A stretch of DNA of 63,328 nucleotides, filler included, from Bonamia ostreae (Eukaryota): the NCBI GenBank assembly GCA_040357525.1. It is 15 parts of 15 records of this genome, joined end to end, with 100 filler letters (N's around TTAATTAATTAA, not from the genome) between each part and the next. Parts side by side here need not be neighbours in the genome. Positions count along the whole stretch, not along the records: positions 38,254 to 42,365 come from JBDODL010000360.1; positions 42,466 to 46,569 come from JBDODL010000361.1; positions 46,670 to 50,765 come from JBDODL010000362.1; 12 more parts are not named here. One strand, 5' to 3'. Under the pieces are notes generated by a model. It made no database searches, was not told the origin of the DNA, and saw only the letters and a list, made by a program, of their open reading frames with translations. Every line of letters starts with the position of its first letter. The stretch's first letter is position 1. Below, one piece after another: positions 38,428 to 49,845 of the stretch. The position numbers and the translations under genes are program-made.

Positions 38428-38949
38428 TCACCACACAACCGGCGAAAACCTGAAGCCTTCTTCGCTCGAAAACCAGTCAGTGCTCACGACGCCATAGCCT
38501 CCGATCTTAAATCTGCCCACCATTTCTCCGAACAAAAAGAATCCGAAGCAATGGACTGCCAGCGCCAGCAACCATTGCAAATGCATCCCATTCATCTTGA
38601 GCGGATCCCTCAAGACTCCCAACAAATATTTAAGTTCGATAACTGCCGCGTTGAAGACATAGGGAACAGAGGCCATTTTGCGGTACCAATATTCCAAACG
38701 AGCCATCAAAATCTGTTTTTTGAGAACGTCTAAAGATTGCGCCGGGTTTTCTACTCGATAAGCCATTTCGAACATGAATGGCTTTGGAAACATATAATAA
38801 AGCTTCATGTGAAGAGGTAGTTTTTTAAGTTTGGGGTCGGTGAAGACGTCCGCGGACGTTTTAATGGTGAAATGTTTAGGAATTTTGGTGCCGTGACGAA
38901 TAGTGAAATCGTTGAAGGCGTACCAACGAGCTCTACTTAACGAAGTCAT
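38428..38949 (-). CDS. Mitochondrial ATP synthase subunit g-like protein
   Basis: C-terminal signature FGFFLFGEMVGRFKIGGY. Confidence 0.75.
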   Translation of the reverse strand: MTSLSRARWYAFNDFTIRHGTKIPKHFTIKTSADVFTDPKLKKLPLHMKLYYMFPKPFMFEMAYRVENPAQSLDVLKKQILMARLEYWYRKMASVPYVFNAAVIELKYLLGVLRDPLKMNGMHLQWLLALAVHCFGFFLFGEMVGRFKIGGYGVVSTDWFSSEEGFRFSPVVW

Positions 38950-39132
38950 TTATTTTAAAATTTTGCTTTCGATCAAATTTTTAGTTTTTTGTTATATAAT
39001 GTCGACTTTGACTTTTTAGACATTGAATTTTGTTTTAAAATTTTTGCTTTTTTGTACTTGTTGACAATTTTTAATGTTTGGCCATTACGATATTTTATGG
39101 TAAAATTTAATATTTTTGTGTAAAACTTTAAA

Positions 39133-41115
39133 ATGTCAAAAATTGAAGATATTTTAGCTGAAACAGATTTTCTGGATTCGATTAAAATGACCGTTGAATA
39201 TCAACACAAAAAAAGCGATTTCTCTTTGGACTATTTTCTACTCGTTTGTTCTAAGCTGAAACGACCAGCTTTGAAAAATTTTGAAATAAAAGAGCAAATT
39301 TTAACTTTTTTGGGCAAAAAACAAAATTCTCTTTTCGTTAAAATTTTTCCCGTTAGTTATCATCGATTAAACAATTCGATTGACCGAATAATCAACGAAA
39401 GCGGAAATTTTAATATCGAAAATTCAAACTTTGAACCAGTTTGGCTTAATCGCTTATTTACAAAATAATAATTTGCAATTTTTTGTTGAAAATATTAAAT
39501 CTGTAAAAAATGTAAAGATTGTTCAAAATTTGGTCCAAATATATTTTTTGGAAATGTTTTCTGATGATATCGACGCAGCAAAAGATTGCGTTTTAAAATC
39601 GGTTGACAAAATAAACAAAACTTTGTACTTAAATCCGATTTTTGCCAAACTACAAAATTTGTTCAAAATAACAGATTTGGCCATTTTTTATCAATTTCTG
39701 GATTTTTGCTTAACATTTCTGAAAGTTTAACTTTTCCGTTTTAATGTAAAAATTCAAATTTTATAATTTTGCTCAATTTAAAGAACAAAAAAATTTTCGA
39801 ACAAACAGAAAAAACTGCTAAAGCAAAAATTCAAATTTTGAGCAAAAAATTTGATTTAAATCCGCGATCTTCTTTCAAATTTACTTCCAAAATCAACAAA
39901 TTTTGCATAAATTTAGCAATCGAAAAATTCAAAATCCATTTTTATTTTTTGAAAAATGACTTGAAATCTTATCAAATTTTTTCCAAATTTTTGTCAATTT
40001 TGAAATTTTGTTACAAAAACGCAAAACCGTTTTTAACCAAATAACTAAATTTTGTTACTAATAACTAATTTTTAATAAATTTTTTAACATTTCAAGAAAC
40101 GACGAAAAATTTTTAATTGAAAAAATTTTCAATTCTTCTCAGTTGGAATATTTGATAAATTTGGAAGAAAAATTTATTAATTTAAAAATGGACAAAATCC
40201 TAAAAATTAAAGATAAATGGATTTCGTTTAAAACTTTGTTCATTTTTAATAAAGAAATAAAAATTTCTATTTTTTCTGAAGCGGTTATTGAGCTTCTATT
40301 CTCAATCAAAAGACGATTTTACATTTTGTCCCATTTCGCTGCAAATTTAACAGTTAAATTTTTTTTTTAATTTGTAAAATTTGCAATTTGATTAAAAGGA
40401 AAATATGTTGAAGCGACTTCTGAGAATTTTAAAAAACGAATTTGAAATAGAAAAAAACAACAAAGCGCAAATTTGCGGATTTTTAAACTGCTGTGACCAT
40501 TTTTACCAAATTTTAGACAACTGGAAATTTGGTCAAAATACAAATTTTTCCAAAATCACTCTCAAAAAATCTTTTCATTTTTTGAAATTAAAACTTTCAA
40601 ATTTTGTTTTGGATTGTTTTAAAACTTTTTTAACTGAAATTTTGTTTTTCGATGAAATGGTTGACAAAAAAGAATTTTTAAACTTTTCGAATTTAAATTC
40701 TGTTCTTCACGATTTCTATTTTGATCTCTCAAGTTGCAACAAAAAAACATTTGTTACCGCTTTTTTCTCATGTTTAAACGACAAAGTTTTTAATTTTAGC
40801 AATTAGACAATCGAATTATTGGCGCTTATCAAAAACAAGAAAATCGAACAGAACTCGAGCGATCTTTTTTTGACCAAATTGGATATTTTGGATTGCTACA
40901 AAATAGCGAAAGAAATTTTGAATTCAAATTGCATTTTATTCAAATTCGATGAAGAAACCGTCACAGTTTTAAGTCTTCTTTGTGCTGGTTCAGATTCTTT
41001 GAAATTTCTGGAAGAGGTCATTGAACACAAAAATTTTGACGAAATTTATTTTGTGCTGGAAAAGAACAAATTAAATAATCTCGCTCTTGAAAATGTAAAG
41101 ACATTTTTAGATTAA
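39133..41115 (+). CDS. RINT1/Tip20-like helical tethering subunit (multi-exon)
   Basis: KFKIHFY and ICGFLNCCDHFYQILDNW resemble RINT1/TIP20 conserved blocks. The sequence is very divergent. Confidence 0.5.
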
Positions 41116-41287
41116 ACGGACTTTAAATTTTTGAGCTTGCTAATTGATTATATTGGATTTATGTAATCAAAAAATGGATGTTTATTTATTTTGCAAAGAA
41201 AAAATTAAAACATAATAAAACGATTAAACCTCGTTACAAAAAATTAAAAATTGAAAAAATCATTTATAAAAACGCATTAAAAACAAT

Positions 41288-42298
41288 CTATTTATATAAA
41301 TCTGACATTTCGGAAAGCCACCAGTAAAAAGAAAAATGGAGGCCAATCGTGGCAAATTTTTGTTTTTTAAGAAATTCCTTTTTAAATGTAAAATTCATTC
41401 ATCGTTAAAAAATACCAAAACGTCATGAGCAGGATTCGAACCTACGAGGGCAAACGCCCATTCGATTTCTAATCGAACGCCTTAACCACTCGGCCACCAT
41501 GACAACATTAAAATTAAAAATTATTTGTTTATAATAAAATCAAACCTTCGCCATTTTGGTTTGAACGAACACTTTTTCTATCGTTTCTTTTTCCAAGTAG
41601 TTTTCTAATCTTTTGGATTTTTCAATTTCCCCATAATACATCTTTGAAAATCTTCCTAATTTAAATAACAGTTTTAGGTTTTATGTTATTTGGAATGTAT
41701 TTTGATAATTCGAACAAACAATAAAAAATGAAATAACTTTTTACCTGTAATTCCAACATTTCCAGTGTATCCAGTTATCAATTTTAAGGAATCGGGAGAA
41801 ATTTTATAACCGACTTCTTCTTCGACTTCTTCGGAGACTATTTCTTCCAGATTTTTGTTCTTGTCTATTAAACCGGCAACCAATTCATAGGTGCATCCGA
41901 ATTTGTAGTTATTGCTGTTTTTGTCAATTTTATTTTTACGCGAATAAGAAGCAAAAACAGGTGGTCTTTTTGTGTTTGTGTTTTTCATAAAATTGGAAAA
42001 ATTAAATCGAATAAGTTCGGAAACGCATTTAAAATATTTAATAAACCTAAATTGTTTTACGACGAGAAAACTCTTTCTTTCCAAATGGTATAACAGCACA
42101 GAAACGGATTCATGACATTCAAGGAAATCCCATTTTTTATCAATTCCATTCTATTTTTAAACAAGTAAAAAAGTAAACTTGGCGGTAAAAAAGTGTTTTT
42201 GGTTTAAAGAAATTTGATTTTTTGCAGTTTTTTATTTCAATGTTTTCTATTTTGCTAAAATATTTTTTGCAATGCAAAGTTTTTCTTATAAATGCCAT
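41288..42298 (-). CDS. NUDT14: NUDT14-like UDP-sugar diphosphatase (Nudix)
   Basis: FKPKTLFYRQ|NGIDKKWDFLECHESVSVLLY..VVKQFR|PPVF..TYELVAGLIDK..EEVEEEVGY. Last exon reads EFLKKQKFATIGLHFSFYWWL. Confidence 0.88.
41421..41503 (-). tRNA. tRNA-Ser(AGA), 83 nt, inside the last NUDT14 intron
   Basis: Full cloverleaf: GTCATGG/TCATGAC acceptor, GCC-GAGTGGTTAA-GGC D arm, TTCGA-TTAGAAA-TCGAA anticodon arm, long variable arm, GTAGG-TTCGAAT-CCTGC T arm and G discriminator, followed by TTTT. Confidence 0.97.
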
Positions 42299-42593
42299 CA
42301 AATTAATTTATAAAATGCTAAATTCTAGCATGGTTTAATGATTTTATAATTTTTGAGGGCAGTTGNNNNNNNNNNNNNNNNNNNNNNNNNNNNNNNNNNN
42401 NNNNNNNNNTTAATTAATTAANNNNNNNNNNNNNNNNNNNNNNNNNNNNNNNNNNNNNNNNNNNNCAGTAGTGTTGTTTTTATTAATAAATTTGTGCTTT
42501 TAATGTGTTTTTAGCCATTTTTTATTCAGAACGCCTTTTTATATTTTTGTTTTTTGGAACTAATGCACAGATTTTTAAACGCTAACAATAAAT

Positions 42594-43377
42594 TTAATAA
42601 TAGTAGTCGAATCGATCGCATAGAGGCACAAAACTACTTTTTAAAATAAAACAGCACTTCCCCCAAATCTGTATATTCGAAACTGTCTGGCCCCTTTTTG
42701 TCGACTTGCATCAAAATCTGTTTTTCTTTGTCTCCTGGTGTGTTTACCGGCAATATCATTCTTCCTCCGATTTTCAACTGTTCTTTTAATGTTTTCGGAA
42801 TGCCTTCTGAGGCCGCCCCAACATGGATGCTTTAAATGTTTAGAAGTAAAACGCGTCATAAGGCGCTTCTTTTGCCCACCCTTCTCTTCCGTCCCCCTCA
42901 ACGAATTCCTCTAAAAATCAAAAAACAACAATGTTGTTGTTAATCCGCAGCGAATAAGAATCTTTGTCGACATTTTGATTTGAGAATTTGACAAGCGAAC
43001 GTATTTGCTCGATTCCAACTGCTTTCCCTCCCGGTTTTACCATATGGGCCATCACGGCGGTACTGTATCCCGAGCCACTCCCGATGTCCAATGCTTTAGC
43101 GCCCTTTGTTTAAAAATGCGAACTGGTTTTAAAAAATCGCTCAGAAGCTCGATATACAATGCGTGTATATGAGGCGCAGAGATTGTCGCTCCATTGCCTA
43201 TTGGTGTAGGGATGTCCCTATAAGGGTATTTGCTGGTGCAGAAATTTTTCCTGTCGACTTGCATCATGGCTATGACGGCTCTCTAGATTTACGGATCTTT
43301 ACCTCGTTTTTGAGAATTTTGCCTTTGATCAGATATTGGATGAGGTCTTTGTTTTTTACAATTCCACTGGAGGTCAT
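42594..43377 (-). CDS. PCMT1: Protein-L-isoaspartate O-methyltransferase
   Basis: ATISAPHIHA, ALDIGSGSGY, GDGREG..APYDAIHVGAA, EQLKIGGRMILPV and FVPL. Five 19-23-nt introns. Confidence 0.95.
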
Positions 43378-44293
43378 CTCAAAAAGTTTAGCTGTCTTTC
43401 GAATTTTGTTTTCTGCCAATTAAAATGGCTCTTATTGACAGTTTATGCAATTAGGCTATGATATTGCAAGGAATTAATTAAGATTTGCTCATTTTTTGTT
43501 CACATTTAGACAGGATTTTCTTCGTTTAAAGTAAATGTGGTAAAGGTATATTTTAAGGGTATTTTATTTTGGATTTTAGAAATGTTTGCAAATTCGCCAT
43601 TTAAACATAATTTTAAATTTCACACGTAACATAAAAAATATTAAACATAATTTAACATTTTTATCAAATAAAAATAATAAACAAAACTTCGAACCTTGAA
43701 TGTCTGCGCTAGACGATGAACGGTCGGGGTCGTGAGCACCCAAATTCCAAATAAAAAATTGAAATTAATTGTTTACGATCCGTTAGATCAAAGATACGAG
43801 ATAAATTTTACAATTTGCAAAAGCCATCTTAAAAAAACAATTCAAAGTTGTTCAAAAAATGGCTAATTCAAAAAAACACTTATGATTGTAGCGTGCACAT
43901 ATGTTTATAAACCCCGTCCCAAATTATTATGTACTTCGAAAATTTGTGATAATTTTAGTTTGTTAGTTTTTAGGATAAAGTAATTAATTTTTTTATAGTT
44001 TTGTAAATTTTTGACAATTACATTTATTGTAATTAAATTTATTGTAAATTAAATTTTTGACAATTACAATATTTTGAAAATTATAATTGCTTTAAGATAA
44101 CGAGGAGGTGGACATTTTTAAAATTTAATGTATTTGGACGATTTATCGTAATTTTTGGTAAAAGTTGAGTTACGTGGGCCCCCCCCCCCCCCCCACCCAG
44201 CCACGGGGAGAAAGTGTGTGTTGGGGAGTGGAGGGAAAAAAAAAAAAAAAATTATAAGGGAGAAAAAAAGAACGGACGTGTGGNNNNNNNNNN

Positions 44294-44610
44294 TGCGTTC
44301 AACTAAATGCACGGATGGATTTCGCTGGAGATGTAGCAAAAAAGATGTGGGAAAAATTCATTTTTTCAACTCGAGATTGCCATTGGACAAATTATTTCTC
44401 TTGATGTAGGAATGGTTAATTAATAGCTCTGTTCAAAATATTTGCAGAGACATGGGGATCGACAAAAACCGTAGTCGATTGGTGCTGATTCTTAAGAGAA
44501 GTTGCAGCCTTCAGATACGAAAACAGAGAAAATAAAATCAGTGGAAAAAATTTAATTGTTGAAATAGACGAATTGGTTACTAGTCGACGAAAATACAACA
44601 AAGGCTGTTT
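44294..44610 (+). mobile_element. Decayed Merlin (IS1595/ISXO2-like) DDE transposase fragment
   Basis: DGFRWRCSKK..SRLPL..L*EW and TVVDWC*FLREVA...ISGKNLIVEIDE...RRKYNKG. Confidence 0.8.
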
Positions 44611-45148
44611 CACAAAAACTCAATCGCTTGTTTGAGTTTTTGAAACTCAATCAGATGTTTGTGAACTGCATTTTTTAAAATTGTGAACTGCATTTTCTAC
44701 TCCAGTTTTCCACCAAAAGTTATTTCTTTTTAATTCTTTTTGTAGCCTTTTTAAAAGTAGATATGGTACTTTTTAAAATTATTTAAAATATTTTCAATAA
44801 AATTTTTCCAATAATTTTTAATCTTGATGTTGTTGGAGGTAATTATAAAGTCTGCTATATATTCTTTGTTTAACAAAGAAAATTTTCGCATCATTTGAGC
44901 TGATATATTCTTTTATCAGTTCAATGTTTCTTTCTATTCTAAATAAATTAGAGCTTTGTTTTTGTTTGGCAATTAAAACCACAAAGCAATTACAATAGTC
45001 GCTTATATTGTTTTTCTGGCTTAAAATTAAATTCCTTCTCCAATAATTTTTATTTTCTGGCTTAACTTTCTTATATTAAACTTTAAACGTTTGTAGATCA
45101 AACCAAATTAGTTTTTAATTACACGTAGAACTGAAGTAAAACAAAAAA

Positions 45149-45361
45149 ATGAACTCTCAGCAATTAAAAATGTTTAACGATTTTACAGTCTATTTTCCGA
45201 TTGCTGTTATCGCGTATAGTTTAATCTTATTGATATTGGACTTTAAACAACTACATTCGTTCAAAAAAATATACAGTGAAAATGATGCGTCCACAATTAA
45301 TGCTGGGGAGAGCAGTGAAAGTAATAATGAAATAGAAATTCTTACGGATGATTTGCAATAA
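45149..45361 (+). CDS. Small single-TM hypothetical protein
   Basis: 70-aa ATG ORF with a hydrophobic helix and an acidic tail. Confidence 0.35.
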   Translation: MNSQQLKMFNDFTVYFPIAVIAYSLILLILDFKQLHSFKKIYSENDASTINAGESSESNNEIEILTDDLQ

Positions 45362-47049
45362 ATGGTGCTATTAAATGTGTTGTACTTTTTATTTCTAATT
45401 TTTTTATTTCAGCAAATTTGCTTTTTCGTTTGCAATAATTAAAGATTCAAACAATCTTAAAATATTTGTCAAATTTTGTGTACATTTTACACAGAAAAAC
45501 ATAGTTTTGTTTAATTTTTTTCAATTTTATTTATTCAAATATTCCGCTTCTTTATCGTTGTATTCTGGCTCGGGGACGCTTCTCTTCGAAGAAAAATATT
45601 TTTTATTAAAAAAATTAACAAACATAAAATTTTTTATGTAAACAATTTTCATATTTTTTCTAAACCGTTTTAAAATTCTACGATTGCAATAAATGGACGA
45701 TATCCAATTATTAAAATTAACATCGACAATAATCTTTTCTCTTTCTCCAGCTTTTTTCTTTTTAAACATACTGCTATTTTTCAAAATTCTATATCTGTAC
45801 AAAAAGAAAAGAATTATCTCTATAAACAATATGCGTAAATCATATCTGATTGACAAGTTTAATCAGACTTGTGTGGCAGACAATACAACAATCGTTCAAT
45901 TGTTTGATAATTGGCAATTAAATAACTAACAACAATTTTTTTGTTCATTTTCACTTAAATGCAAAACTATTTTTTGTGTTCTTTCGAAAAAAGATTCTTC
46001 TTGTTCTTTTGTTTCATTTCCAAATAATTCTTTGTAAATTCTAACATCAATTTCAACATACAAAAAATAAATTTTTCCAAATTAAACGTATACGTAGATG
46101 GAAAACAAAAACATAATCCCTCACTCCAAAATGGTCAGCGATAAAAATTAAACGTAAAGAAAAAAGAGTTCGTAAAACTAAGAACACGAAAATACGAGAT
46201 ATCAAAAATTAAAATATGAAGATAATAAAATTATATCTGGAATTTGCCGTTTGGCAATGTCAACCCATCTCTAGCTGATTTCAACTAGTACCAAAATATA
46301 AATAGAACATGTATTAAAATTAAACTAACAAAAACATTTTATTAGTTTCAAATAACATAATTTTATATAAATTATTTCTTAGCAATTATAAAAAGTACAA
46401 AAAATGCAAGACATATTATCCATCGACTACATCAATATAATTACGATTCTAATAGTGGCTCTAAAATTAGCGGAAATCTTATTTTTGACTCTGTTTGTTT
46501 TCTTTCTTTATTCGAGTATAAATAAATTCAAAAATATCTTAAGAAAACAAAATTATTTTGAAGGGAATGNNNNNNNNNNNNNNNNNNNNNNNNNNNNNNN
46601 NNNNNNNNNNNNNTTAATTAATTAANNNNNNNNNNNNNNNNNNNNNNNNNNNNNNNNNNNNNNNNNNNNATCAGCCGAAAATTGCAAAAATTGAAATCGA
46701 TTTTTGAATTAAAATATAAAAATTGTCATCTTAAAAATAGCGATAAAATTGAACAATTGCAAAATTACAATTNNNNNNNNNNNNNNNNNNNNNNNNNNNN
46801 NNNNNNNNNNNNNNNNNNNNNNNNNNNNNNNNNNNNNNNNNNNNNNNNNNNNNNNNNNNNNNNNNNNNNNNNAATCGCAAATCAGTTTTAAAAATGGCGA
46901 TAAAATTGAACAATTGCAAAATTACAATTAATCGCAAATCAGTTTTAAAAATGGCGATAAAATTGAACAATTGCAAAATTACAAATAATCGCAAACCAGT
47001 TTTAAAAATGGCGATAAAATTGAACAATTTCAAAATAAAAATATAATTT

Positions 47050-47470
47050 TCAAAAATTAGCTAAAACAGCCCCAAACAATCCAAACAAATCCTTCACAGA
47101 TGAATATAATTTTGATATTCGCGCAAAAACATCTTCTTGGTTTTCTGCGCACTGCCTCACTAAAACTTCAAGCTTCATGTCCAAACAATCCATTTTTTCT
47201 TCCAATTTGTCCAATCTCTCTTTTCTAGAACGTGCCATCGCTATCTTTTTAGATTTAACAGCGAAGTACTTTTCTCCGCTCAATTTTATTTCTTCCAAAA
47301 AAGAAGTCGCTGTTTGGGACAGTTCTTTATGGTCGAGTTTTCTGGCGATGCTGAGTACTGTGCTTATTATCTTGAACATTTTAATTCTCTCCGCCTTTAG
47401 TCTTTTTATTTTCAGTCTTTGTTTGGCGTTTTTGTTTGATTGTATCGTCGCTAATTTTATATTTTGAAAT
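47050..47470 (-). CDS. Coiled-coil hypothetical protein (internal exon; ends uncertain)
   Basis: Open frame with heptad-like RLDKLEEKMDCLDMKLEVL. Confidence 0.45.
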
Positions 47471-47659
47471 GTAGAATTTGAATTAAAAGAAAATTTAAAC
47501 AGCTAAAATTTTGAATCGCGATTTTCTTTTCAGAAACAATATTTTTGCTACTAAATAATGATTTTGATTCGTAAAATTGTATTAAAGGTTTTATCTTCAT
47601 TAATTTAAACTGATTTTAAGTTTTTTCGAACTTTTGTTTATTTGAAAAAATATGAGATT

Positions 47660-48686
47660 TTATATAAAGAATTTATTGAGACCAGTAGAAAAATTTTTTA
47701 TCAAGTCATCAAAATCAGTTTGATGTAAATTTATTTGATCCAATTTTCTTTTAAATTTCTTTTTTTCCAAGGCGCTGAATTTCGCAAAATTGACTTTATT
47801 TTCAGTTTTCTTCTTTTTGTAAGAAATAAAACGATTTGGAGCATTTTTTTGTTTATCAACTTTCTTATTTTTAAATCGAGTAATTGCGACGGTGTCTTTA
47901 TTTTTAAGATTGAAAATTGAATATTTGTTCAAAAATCGAAACTTTTTCCAGTTTTACATTTTTCTCAATTTTTCCAGTTTTAAAAATCGGAAAATTTTGC
48001 TTTCGAAAACTCTTTTCAATAAAAATTTTAATTTTTTCAAAATCGCCATTTTTAGTGTTGTTTTCGATAATCAAAGTGTTTGTTTTCTCAATTTTATTTA
48101 TCTTTATTTTGTCAAACATTTTGTCAATTATGTCTTCGGGAACAGATTCGGTCTCTGTTCTCAACTCGTTTCTGATTTTTGCTGTTTTAAAATCAGTTTT
48201 TAAATAAATAAGAATCAATGGCGTTTTGGTAACAGCGCAATATCGAATAAAAGGTTTCCTCATTGAAAAAAGATAAAAATTGTCATCCAATATTATTATG
48301 TTTTTTGATGTTGAATTTAAATTTTTAAACATTTCAAATGCTTTTTTTCTAGTCTGTTTCCATATTTTTGAGAAATCGTTATTTTTATTGCTTTTTGGTT
48401 TGTTCAAAATTGAAGAATCGATTTTATTCGAGAATTTTTGGCTGTTTAAATTTTGGTAAAAATTTGGTTGAAATTTATTTTGAGCCATTAACTCCTTTTC
48501 GATCGAATCATAAGAAATTATTTTTACATTAACTGTTTCGTCAATTCGACACAAATCGAAATTTTTGATTTGCGATTTTATTTTGTTAGCCAAACTTGTT
48601 TTTCCTGCTCCGGGAATACCAATCAAGAGAATCACCAATTTAGACATTAAAAATGAAAATTTATGCGATTTTATAAAATTAGACAT
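47660..48686 (-). CDS. PSTK: O-phosphoseryl-tRNA(Sec) kinase
   Basis: P-loop GIPGAGKT, ISYD, WKQTR, ILDDNFYLFSMR and RNELR..VPEDIIDKM. Two 3' introns add QLLDLKIRKLI. Confidence 0.82.
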
Positions 48687-48752
48687 TATTTAGAAGTCAT
48701 TAACAATTTAAAAATTTTAATTAGACATTTATTAAAAACAAAAATACAAAAA

Positions 48753-49193
48753 TCAAAAGAAATTTATCGACTCAAAATTCAATTTTGGTTTTTTGGATTT
48801 GATAGAATCGAACGCCATTTTTAGAACATCGGGTGGAATTGGATTATCCCTGTCAACAGCATTGTCGTTTGTTTCATCTTGTCGTTTTCTTTTGTTATTT
48901 TGGTCCTTTCGAGAAAACATCAAAATGCGACTTTCTTCGACAATTTCGCCTACGAACACTTTTGCGATGGAACCTATTAAAATAGCTGTGCTTTTCTGTG
49001 CGTTTGCGCCAGTGACATCTTTTACTATTCTTTGGATTGTCTCGGGTTTGAATTTGGATGCCAGAAAGTTTTGGTAGCGCTGGTTTTGGGATTTGGACAG
49101 GTTCGACAACGCGATCCTTCTTTTCTTCAAATAGTCGCTGTCTTCGAGATCGCTCAAGGAGTCGTTAGAATCGTCAAAGTTTTCAGAATCCAT
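48753..49193 (-). CDS. TAF11: TFIID subunit TAF11 (histone fold)
   Basis: QNQRYQNFLASKF..IQRIV..IGSIAKVFVGEIVEES..PIPPDVL. Confidence 0.88.
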   Translation of the reverse strand: MDSENFDDSNDSLSDLEDSDYLKKRRIALSNLSKSQNQRYQNFLASKFKPETIQRIVKDVTGANAQKSTAILIGSIAKVFVGEIVEESRILMFSRKDQNNKRKRQDETNDNAVDRDNPIPPDVLKMAFDSIKSKKPKLNFESINFF

Positions 49194-49845
49194 CGAAAGA
49201 AGTTTACTATACCTAAACCTTCTATTAATATAGAATTCATGTGCGATTTGCAATTTCGGACGGAAAAATTAGCAATTTCGATAAAAGTTTAAAATACAAA
49301 TGGCAAAAATCAAAAATGCAAAATTTACTAAATAAAAATCGGCTCGTTATTTTAAAATAAAAAGCAAAATAAGAAATTTAATGTTAATTTTACAAAAATG
49401 GCGAAATGGAAAATTGCCATGGAAAACTTAAAAATGACATTTAGTGAAAAAACTGGCATTCTTTGTGTTTTTGTGTTTTCTTAACAGATCAATATTTTTG
49501 TTTAAAATGGGTTTAAATAAATAGGCCAGTTGTTCTTTTTGTATAGACAAAGAAACAATTACATTTTTTATTAAAAAATGGCGTTTTAGTAGAAAAATAT
49601 AATTTTTATTAAATTTTGGTAAAAATAGTGTTTTAGTAGAAAATTTTTGGCAAAAAATTTTATTAAATAAAAAAATTGCTTTTTGGTAAATGTCGTTTTT
49701 TAAAGAAGCAATTTTTGGGACCAGATAAGATATCGCAACATATCTTACAAAACCCCAACTTTAAACATACCGCACGTAACATATTTAAGCTTAAAAACAA
49801 ACCAACATATAAGCAATCCTTAATCAAAATCAAATTGTTTAGCCA

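Noticed and set aside
44177-44293. Poly-C/poly-A ORF (GPPPPPHP..KKKKK)
   Set aside because: Homopolymer-rich low-quality sequence next to an N gap, likely a sequencing or assembly artefact.
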